From: Parasynechococcus marenigrum WH 8102
GTDB lineage: Bacteria > Cyanobacteriota > Cyanobacteriia > PCC-6307 > Cyanobiaceae
Reading direction: 5' to 3'
Assembly: GCF_000195975.1 (NCBI RefSeq)
Contig: NC_005070.1
Span: 1,770,001-1,802,000, forward strand
DNA length: 32,000 nt
Positions 25,407 to 32,000 of this stretch are shown here, one piece after another. Made by a program: the position numbers and the translations under genes. The notes under the pieces are model-generated. The model was given only the letters and a program-made list of their open reading frames with translations. It was not told the origin of the DNA and did not search any database. Each line of letters opens with the position of its first letter. The stretch's first letter is position 1.

Positions 25407-27185
25407 TCAGAACCGCTCCGGTCGAGGCTTCTGCCAGTCGGCATCGACCCCATCAGCCATCAGTTCCGCAGCACGGTCGTTCAGGCGTGTCCGCTCGATC
25501 CGCCAGACGGTGTAGACCCCAAAACGACCAAGCCTCTCCGGCTGCAAACCCCGCCAGTGTCTCTGCCGGCGTGTCCCCTCATCAATGATCAACAGAACGG
25601 TCGGAGAGGCGTCAGGAGACTGCAAAGGAACTCCCCGCCAGCCGCGACGTTGCTCCTTCGACAGCCGATCCGCCAGGTTCACCTGAGCACCGTTTGAGCG
25701 GCCCTCGAACAGGATCACCTGACCGGCATAGAAGTGAACCGAAGGTTTCATGGCGCCGACCATGGCCAGCGGCTCCTGGGGCCGCTGCTGATCCACCAGG
25801 GTCTGAGTGGCCTGCCGAACCGGAAGCTGCCGCAATTGGTCAGCCAATTCGGCAATCGGAATCACTGCTGTGAGGTGAAAACAGACCAGCGGGAGCTGCA
25901 CCGAAAGCAATCGGAGGACTAGGGACCCTCGCCAGAGCACCACCCCCATCAGAGCCGCCAAGCTGAACCATCCAGCCGCGCGCCACACCAGGCCACTGGC
26001 CAGAAGATCGGAAGCCAGGGTCGGCATTTCCGGGTCGTTGATCAGTGGAACCCAGAGCGGCGCACACCAGAAGCCGACCGCCAGGAGCAGCACCAGCGCC
26101 AAAGAGCTGGCCCAGGCCAAAGCGAGCCAGCGATCCCGACGCCCAAGAGCGAAACAGATCAGCAGCGCCGCAGCCGGTGTTGCCGGTAGCCAGTAGCTGG
26201 GCAACTTGGTCGCCGCCGTGGTGAACAACAGCAGCACCGCCAGCAACCAGCAGCCGGCGAACTGATGCAGGGACTGATCTGGGGACGTTCGCTGCCGGGG
26301 TATACGCGCCAATCCCAGCAACAGCAGCGGGGAGAAGGGCATGGCCGCCACCAGCATCACGGGGCCAAAGAACCACCAGGGCTGCAGATGGTCGTTGACG
26401 ACGCTGGTGAAGCGCTGAAGGTTGTGATATCCGAAGAAGCTGTCCCAGAAGGGCTGCCCCTCCACCAGCAGTTCCACGGCATACCAAGGGAGGCTCACCA
26501 GGGCTGTCAGAGCGAGACCGGGAAGTGGTCTCAGACGACTCCAGGGCGTGGCCAGATCACGCCTCAGGGCGCTGAACAACAACAGGGTGAGTCCTGTTAG
26601 CACCACCGCCACCGGCCCTTTCGCCAGAACCGCCAGACCCAGCACCAACCAGGCCGGCCACCAGCGGTGACGCTCGGGTGCTGCAAACCGCCGCCATTGC
26701 AGGATCAGGCTGATGGCGAGCAGTCCGCACAACAGGGCATCACTGACAGCCGTGCGACTCCAGACCAGCACCAACGGTGAGAGACCGAAACACAGGGCAG
26801 CCGTTAACGCAGCAGCCACGGGCCGCCGAAGTCCCGCCGATGGCCCACGCAAAACAGTGTCGGCCAACACCAGCATCACCGCCACGCTGGACAAAGCCGA
26901 AGGCAACCGCGCCGCCCAGCTGCCGAGCGGATCCCAGACGATCTGGCCCGGCAGGCTGTAGCCCAAGGCCATCAGCCAATACACCAGAGGTGGTTTATCA
27001 AAACGCGGCAGGCCGTTCACCCGGGGTGTCAGCCAATCGCCGGTCTGGGTCATGGCCCGGCCAGCCGCTGCGAACAAGGGCGGCGTTTCATCCACCACAC
27101 CGGTGGCACCGAGTCTCCAAAGGTTGATCAGAACCCCGAGGGCCAGCACCAAGGCCAGTACACCCAGATGCCGGCGGCCGGACAT
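25407..27185 (-). CDS. Glycosyltransferase family 39 (ArnT/PMT-like polyprenyl-phosphate-sugar-dependent transferase)
   Basis: DETPPLFAAAGRAM...DW..PR.NG.PRFDKPPLVYWL motif in the first periplasmic loop. There are more than 10 TM helices and a soluble C-terminal domain. ATG at 27185; GTGs at 27194/27191 are also possible. Confidence 0.85.
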   Translation of the reverse strand: MSGRRHLGVLALVLALGVLINLWRLGATGVVDETPPLFAAAGRAMTQTGDWLTPRVNGLPRFDKPPLVYWLMALGYSLPGQIVWDPLGSWAARLPSALSSVAVMLVLADTVLRGPSAGLRRPVAAALTAALCFGLSPLVLVWSRTAVSDALLCGLLAISLILQWRRFAAPERHRWWPAWLVLGLAVLAKGPVAVVLTGLTLLLFSALRRDLATPWSRLRPLPGLALTALVSLPWYAVELLVEGQPFWDSFFGYHNLQRFTSVVNDHLQPWWFFGPVMLVAAMPFSPLLLLGLARIPRQRTSPDQSLHQFAGCWLLAVLLLFTTAATKLPSYWLPATPAAALLICFALGRRDRWLALAWASSLALVLLLAVGFWCAPLWVPLINDPEMPTLASDLLASGLVWRAAGWFSLAALMGVVLWRGSLVLRLLSVQLPLVCFHLTAVIPIAELADQLRQLPVRQATQTLVDQQRPQEPLAMVGAMKPSVHFYAGQVILFEGRSNGAQVNLADRLSKEQRRGWRGVPLQSPDASPTVLLIIDEGTRRQRHWRGLQPERLGRFGVYTVWRIERTRLNDRAAELMADGVDADWQKPRPERF

Positions 27186-27235
27186 CACCACCACGCAGCA
27201 CCTCAGGACAACCCGTCGATGTTGACATCCGCGAC

Positions 27236-28327
27236 TCAGGGCAAGGATGAAAGTCCCGCCAGAACCCAGTCTTCGACGCGACGGGCGAAGACCTCCTGCG
27301 TGGCATTCGCCTCAACCCAGGTGCGACAGTCGGCACGATCGAGCTCTGGAACGCGTTTCAGAGCATCCGACAGTGCTGAGACGTTGTCAGGCTCCACGAG
27401 GAAACCCGTCTGCCCCGACTGCACCAGTTCACCTGGACCGCCGCGGTCGTAGGCCACCACGGGCACGCCACAGGCCAGAGCTTCCACCACCACATTGCCG
27501 TAGGCCTCATTCCACTTGGGCGTGTTGATCAGGGCCCGGCAGCGCCCCAGCTCCTCCTGCAATTCAGCGTTGGGCAGGAATCCACGCCATTGAAGGGTTC
27601 CAGTCGGCACCATCGCCTCCACCGCCTCTGCGTAGGCGGGGTCCTCCCGCAACCCCCACACCAGCAACTGCTCCCCCAGGGCCGCCGCTGCCGCAGCGGC
27701 ATCCTCCAGCCCTTTCTCCGGTGCCACGCGACCGGCCCAGCCCAACGGACCTCCAGCCTCTTGGCGGAATTGATACCGGGATAAGTCAAAGCCATTGCCC
27801 ACAACCCGTGGCGGCTGAGGTAGCCGGAAGTCCGCCGCCTGACGAGCCGTGTGAAAAGCCAGTCGCTGCTGATCCCAAGACGCCAGCGCCTCGATCTGAT
27901 CCCGCATCACATCGGCCACGGCGCCCATCGAGATCAAGTGAAAAAGCCGCTGAGAGACGTGGGGCGTGATCCACAGCGGAAGCCAGTCGTAGCCGAAGTT
28001 GATCACGGCATCGGCTTCTGCTCCGACATTCAGAGCGATGTCGAGGAAGCGTGGCAACAGGCCAGCGCGGGGGATCAACACCGGGGATTCCCCATCGAGG
28101 TGCTGCCAGCTGGGTTGATCCAGACCCTGAGCGGTCAGCAGCTCCACGGCTTCGCAGCCCTCCGGCAGCTGCGAGCCCTCCGCAGCGATCAGGCGAACCC
28201 GGTGGTCTCGATCGACCAGCCCCTTGAGCAGTGAGCTCAGGGTCAGTTCGACACCACCGCCCCGGCCACTCCCCAACCCACCGATCGGAGTGCTGACAAG
28301 GATCAGATCAAGAGGGCGAGAAGTCAT
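27236..28327 (-). CDS. Glycosyltransferase family 4 (GT-B, group 1)
   Basis: N-terminal GGLGSGRGGGVE and the C-terminal EX7E region EAYGNVVVEALACGVPVVAYDRGGPGELVQSGQTGFLVEP. ATG 28327 forms an ATGA overlap with the EamA stop. Confidence 0.85.
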   Translation of the reverse strand: MTSRPLDLILVSTPIGGLGSGRGGGVELTLSSLLKGLVDRDHRVRLIAAEGSQLPEGCEAVELLTAQGLDQPSWQHLDGESPVLIPRAGLLPRFLDIALNVGAEADAVINFGYDWLPLWITPHVSQRLFHLISMGAVADVMRDQIEALASWDQQRLAFHTARQAADFRLPQPPRVVGNGFDLSRYQFRQEAGGPLGWAGRVAPEKGLEDAAAAAAALGEQLLVWGLREDPAYAEAVEAMVPTGTLQWRGFLPNAELQEELGRCRALINTPKWNEAYGNVVVEALACGVPVVAYDRGGPGELVQSGQTGFLVEPDNVSALSDALKRVPELDRADCRTWVEANATQEVFARRVEDWVLAGLSSLP

Positions 28328-29253
28328 CCCACCGGCTGAGGCTCCCACAGGCGTCGGCGCTGGCTCACACACACCACTGATACCAACACCATCAGCGCAC
28401 CAACCCACTGAAGCGGATCCAGCCGTTCACCGAGCAACCAGCCACCTGTTGCCAGAGCGAAGACGGGCGTCAGAAAACCCAGGCTGCTGAAGGTTGTGAG
28501 GTCACGACGGTTGGCGAACCAGAAGAACAGGCCGTAGGCCAGGGCACTGCCCAAAAAGGTGGCGAAGCCCATGCGCCCCCAGTCCGCCACGGACCAGGGG
28601 GGAAGGGTCCAGCCGTTCTGCCATTCGGCTGCCAACAAAAGGGGGCAGCCTCCGAGCAGCATGTGCCAGGCGGTCACGGCCACCGGATCGCTGTGACGAG
28701 CTGCATAACGAATCAGCACGGTGCCCACCGCCATCGCCAGAGCCGCCAGCAGCATCCACCCCTCTCCCGGCTGAAGCAACTGCAGCAGTTGGGGTGGATC
28801 CAGCAACAACCACCAATGACCCAGCAGATCTGCTGGTACTCCGAGGCAGACGATGCCCGCCAGGCCAAGGGCCAGTCCAAGCCAGCCGATGGGGTTGATC
28901 GATTCAGCGAACAACACCCTGGCCAGGAGCGCCACCAGCAGGGGCTGGGAATCAATCAGTACCGAACCGAGCCCTGCGCCGGTTTCCGCCAACCCACAGG
29001 CCAACAACCCCTGGAACAGACAGGCATCCACAAGGGTGAACAGAAGGAACCAGGGAAGGTCACGACCATCCAGAGACCAGCGACGGCCACTGATCGCGGC
29101 CCAGGCCATCAGCACAAAACCAGCAGGCAGCAAACGGAAGGCCGCAACAAACCAGGGACCACCACTGACAATCAACGGCGCCATCGCCGTCATGGCTGTT
29201 CCCCATAGCGCGAAGGGAAGCACCATCAGCAACCAGAGACGGAGCGGTGCCAT
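28324..29253 (-). CDS. EamA-family (DMT superfamily) 10-TM transporter
   Basis: Two tandem EamA-like five-helix halves, with start MAPLRLWLLMVLPFALWGTAM. Confidence 0.85.
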   Translation of the reverse strand: MAPLRLWLLMVLPFALWGTAMTAMAPLIVSGGPWFVAAFRLLPAGFVLMAWAAISGRRWSLDGRDLPWFLLFTLVDACLFQGLLACGLAETGAGLGSVLIDSQPLLVALLARVLFAESINPIGWLGLALGLAGIVCLGVPADLLGHWWLLLDPPQLLQLLQPGEGWMLLAALAMAVGTVLIRYAARHSDPVAVTAWHMLLGGCPLLLAAEWQNGWTLPPWSVADWGRMGFATFLGSALAYGLFFWFANRRDLTTFSSLGFLTPVFALATGGWLLGERLDPLQWVGALMVLVSVVCVSQRRRLWEPQPVG

Positions 29254-29306
29254 GGAAAAGGAGGAGGATGCTCTTTTTAAGATCCGAGGGACTGCAGTTG
29301 CGAAAG

Positions 29307-30119
29307 ATGATCTGGCCCTGGCGCCGTAAATCCCGCCGCCGCATGGCGCGGATCGTGGTGGATGGACCGATCACCGGCAGCACCCGTCAGCGGGTGCTCA
29401 AGGCAATCCGTGACGTGGAGGAGCGTGAATTCCCTGCCCTGCTTCTGCGCATCGACAGCCCCGGCGGAACGGTTGGCGACAGCCAGGAGATCCATGCAGC
29501 ACTGCTGCGTCTGCGGGAAAAAGGGTGCCGAGTGGTGGCCAGTTTTGGGAATATCTCGGCCTCCGGTGGCGTCTACATCGGCGTGGCGGCCGAATCGATC
29601 GTGGCCAACCCCGGCACGATCACCGGATCGATCGGAGTCATCCTCCGCGGCAATGACCTTTCCAAGGTTTTCGAACGGATCGGCATCCGTTTCGACACCG
29701 TCAAAAGCGGCGTTTACAAGGACATTCTTTCTCCGGACCGCCCCCTCAGCCCTGAGGAGCGCGCGCTGCTGCAGGAGCTGATCGACAGCAGCTATGGCCA
29801 GTTTGTTCGCGTTGTGGCGGAAGGGCGATCGCTGACGGAAGAGACGGTCCGCGGATTTGCCGATGGCCGCGTCTTCAGCGGTGAACAGGCGAAAACATTG
29901 GGTTTGGTCGATGAACTTGGCGATGAAGACCATGCCCGGCGCCTCGCCGCCCGTCTGGCGGACCTGGACGAGACGACCACACGTCCGGTCACCTTGGGGA
30001 AGCCCCGTAAAAAGTTGATGAATCTGCTGCCGGGTTCTCAGCTGATCGCTCTGCTGCAGCAGCGCCTCAGCCTCGAGCTCATGGGCAGTGGTCAGGTGCT
30101 TTGGCTGTACCGGCCATGA
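29307..30119 (+). CDS. sppA: Signal peptide peptidase SppA, 36K type (S49 family)
   Basis: LLRIDSPGGTVGDSQEI, ASGGVYIG, GSIGV, and KDILSPDRPLSPEE. ATG 29307 is preferred, because the longer track ORF would overlap the divergent EamA gene. Confidence 0.9.
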   Translation: MIWPWRRKSRRRMARIVVDGPITGSTRQRVLKAIRDVEEREFPALLLRIDSPGGTVGDSQEIHAALLRLREKGCRVVASFGNISASGGVYIGVAAESIVANPGTITGSIGVILRGNDLSKVFERIGIRFDTVKSGVYKDILSPDRPLSPEERALLQELIDSSYGQFVRVVAEGRSLTEETVRGFADGRVFSGEQAKTLGLVDELGDEDHARRLAARLADLDETTTRPVTLGKPRKKLMNLLPGSQLIALLQQRLSLELMGSGQVLWLYRP

Positions 30120-30499
30120 GTGAAGCTCCGCTTCGCCTGGTGGGCCTGCGAGGCGCCACCACCTGTTCGGCCAACACCACGACGGACATCCGCCAGGCAG
30201 TCCGTGAGTTGATCGATGTCCTGGTCAGCCGCAACGGGATCAGTCCTGAGCAGATTGTGTCGGTGACGTTCTCCGTCACAGCGGATCTCGATGCCTGTTT
30301 TCCCGCTGCTGAAGCACGCCAGCGCACCGGCTGGGACAGCGTTGCTCTACTGGATTGCCAGCAAATGGCCGTTCAGGGCGACCTGTGCCGTTGCATCCGC
30401 GTGCTGGCCTATGTGTGGCTGCCGCCTGAGCAGTCGCCCCAGCACCCCTATCTGGGTGAAGCCAGTCGACTTCGACCAGACAGATCTGGTCACAACTGA
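30116..30499 (+). CDS. aroH: Chorismate mutase, AroH class
   Basis: LRGATTCSANT....I..AV.EL......N.I.PE.IVSV.FSVT.DL is the AroH signature. ATGA overlap with the sppA stop. Confidence 0.85.
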   Translation: MSEAPLRLVGLRGATTCSANTTTDIRQAVRELIDVLVSRNGISPEQIVSVTFSVTADLDACFPAAEARQRTGWDSVALLDCQQMAVQGDLCRCIRVLAYVWLPPEQSPQHPYLGEASRLRPDRSGHN

Positions 30500-30574
30500 C
30501 AGCTCAGCGGCCGGCCCAGGGACCGCCCCTCCCGCCATGGGTCTCAGGAGAATCCCCCTAACAGAGTGATCGTG

Positions 30575-31144
30575 ATGAAACCGTCCATTTTTCGGCAGGC
30601 CTTGTGCGTCAGCGCAGCCGCGGTTTTAACCACCGTCAGCCATTCCCTGACCACTCCCACCGCCCATGCGCAGGGGGGCACCCCCGGCCTGATGGAATTC
30701 CGCTGGGACAGCGATCGGAACTACAGAAAGCTCTATTACTTCCAGACGTCGTCGATCGAGAACGATCGCTCCGAGTGGTACCTGCATCTCAGGGCCAAGG
30801 ACCGCAAGACGTCGATCATGAAGTTGACCGTGACGGTGCCGGACTACTTCGATGCCAAGTTGCGTCCTGAGCGGATGACCCTCTGCCGCACGTCCTCCGG
30901 CAGCATGACGAAACGCACCCGGTGCCTGGAGGAAGTCCCTGCCACGATCGAGGTCAACAAGACTCAGACCGCGATCGAGGTTTATCCGGACACCCCCGTC
31001 CCCGTGGAAGGCGACTACTCGCTGCGCATCAAGCTGTTCAACCCTCAGGGAAAGCGGATGTACCAGCTCAACGCTCTGATCCAGGCCCCTGGCGATGTGC
31101 CCATGTCCGGCTATGTCGGCAGCTGGCTCATCGATATGGACTGA
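30575..31144 (+). CDS. Secreted protein, DUF2808-like (cyanobacteria-restricted family)
   Basis: Signal peptide ending AHAQG. The body pattern (YY.Q......R..WYL.L.....T.I.KL.V.VPDYFD) resembles DUF2808. Assignment is by eye only. ATG 30575 or GTG 30566. Confidence 0.5.
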   Translation: MKPSIFRQALCVSAAAVLTTVSHSLTTPTAHAQGGTPGLMEFRWDSDRNYRKLYYFQTSSIENDRSEWYLHLRAKDRKTSIMKLTVTVPDYFDAKLRPERMTLCRTSSGSMTKRTRCLEEVPATIEVNKTQTAIEVYPDTPVPVEGDYSLRIKLFNPQGKRMYQLNALIQAPGDVPMSGYVGSWLIDMD

Positions 31145-31190
31145 CTGATAAATTCGTTAGTTCTGATCGGCCGGACGCCAAACAACTGTC

Positions 31191-31328
31191 ATGACGAAGC
31201 GCACTCTGGGTGGAACCAGCCGCAAGCGGAAGCGGGTCTCCGGTTTCCGGGTCCGCATGCGCTCCCACACCGGCCGTCGCGTGATCCGCACCCGTCGCAA
31301 GCGGGGCCGGTCCCGTCTGGCCGTCTGA
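31191..31328 (+). CDS. rpmH: 50S ribosomal protein L34
   Basis: My own translation: [45 protein letters not shown]. It is 45 aa, below the ORF-track size cutoff, in the canonical position upstream of rnpA. Confidence 0.95.
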   Translation: MTKRTLGGTSRKRKRVSGFRVRMRSHTGRRVIRTRRKRGRSRLAV

Positions 31329-31367
31329 TCCTCTGATCGCTCTGCTCTTTCGACAACGCCAGGGTTG

Positions 31368-31754
31368 ATGGCACTCCCCGCCTCCATGCGACTTCGGGGG
31401 CACCGTTGCTTCAACAGGCTTCATCGCATCGGTCGCCGTCATCACGGCGACTGGATGGTGCTGCGCGTGATGCCAGAGGAGCCACGCTTGCTGCGACCGG
31501 AACTGCGCCGACATCCAACCCGCTGCTGCCGCTGCGCCCTGGTGATCAGCAGCAAGGTGAGCAAACGGGCAGTACGCCGGAACCGCCTGCGTCGCCTGTT
31601 GCATCAACACCTGCGTCAGCAGCTCGAACACCGCGGGGATCTCGCGGGTCGATGGGTGCTGATCAGCCTCCGCCCTGAAGCGTCCGAGGCGGAACCATCA
31701 CAGTTGCTCGAAGAATGCGACAGTCTTCTCAGTTCTGCAGGCCTGGGCCAATGA
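31368..31754 (+). CDS. rnpA: Ribonuclease P protein component
   Basis: LP...RLRG.R.F........ and the RNR motif KVSKRAVRRNRLRRLL. It lies downstream of rpmH. Confidence 0.85.
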   Translation: MALPASMRLRGHRCFNRLHRIGRRHHGDWMVLRVMPEEPRLLRPELRRHPTRCCRCALVISSKVSKRAVRRNRLRRLLHQHLRQQLEHRGDLAGRWVLISLRPEASEAEPSQLLEECDSLLSSAGLGQ

Positions 31755-32000
31755 CCAGCATCCAAGAGGACGTTCATTACGACGGTGGCCCGGCCAAGGG
31801 TGATCTGATCTTCAACCTCCTGCTGGGTGTCACCCTGATCGGATTGCCGTTCACGATCGGAGCCATTGTCCGGGCCGTCTGGCTGCGTTTCCGCATCACC
31901 AGCCGACGGATCTCTGTCACCGGCGGTTGGATGGGCAAGGAGAAGACCCAGGTCGTCTACTCCCAGATCAAAGAGGTTCGCAGCGTGTCTCGAGGCTTTG
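31751..32000 (+). CDS. PH-domain (bPH_2/YdbS-like) membrane protein, 5' part; continues beyond the window
   Basis: My own translation from ATG 31751 (ATGA overlap with rnpA): MTSIQEDVHYDGGPAKGDLIFNLLLGVTLIGLPFTIGAIVRAVWLRFRITSRRISVTGGWMGKEKTQVVYSQIKEVRSV... The hairpin TM followed by the R.RIT.RR.... pattern is typical of bPH_2 proteins found after rnpA in cyanobacteria. Confidence 0.6.
   Translation, partial: MTSIQEDVHYDGGPAKGDLIFNLLLGVTLIGLPFTIGAIVRAVWLRFRITSRRISVTGGWMGKEKTQVVYSQIKEVRSVSRGF

Overview
High-GC cyanobacterial chromosome segment. Gene content (ndhB, ctaCDE with ctaAB, vipp1, a cyanobacterial AbrB-like regulator, DUF2808, rpmH-rnpA) and composition best fit a marine Synechococcus-type picocyanobacterium. 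This organism assignment is an inference from gene content, not a database hit. The window is very compact: I support about 36 protein-coding genes, many joined by ATGA/GTGA/TGATG start-stop overlaps, and several convergent pairs with no spacer. From 5' to 3': groEL 3' end; a minus-strand ABC ATPase / ABC-2 permease / small hypothetical / nanE-like string; ctaB-ctaA divergent from ctaC-ctaD-ctaE; cyAbrB; ribE; DUF151 nuclease and an aldo/keto reductase with an Fe-S tail; a long minus-strand string of topA / lipoprotein / DUF2232 / CobT-like (TIGR00303) / Tat-lipoprotein solute-binding-like protein; ndhB; a lone MacB/LolD-type ABC ATPase; an AT-rich ~630 bp gap; an OmpR-family response regulator interrupted by an in-frame TAG; birA, aminotransferase and thioredoxin; vipp1; DUF721; a GT39, GT4 and EamA string; sppA-aroH; a DUF2808-like protein; rpmH (45 aa, below the ORF-track cutoff), rnpA and a PH-domain membrane protein (3' partial). 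I saw no rRNA, tRNA, CRISPR array, transposase or integrase. I did not find a clear novel multi-gene system such as a defence island. The only accessory-looking patch is 20.2-21.6 kb (AT-rich islet with internal repeats plus the broken response regulator). The other findings are operon-context hypotheses with modest scores. Most long alternate-frame ORFs in the track are high-GC shadow ORFs.
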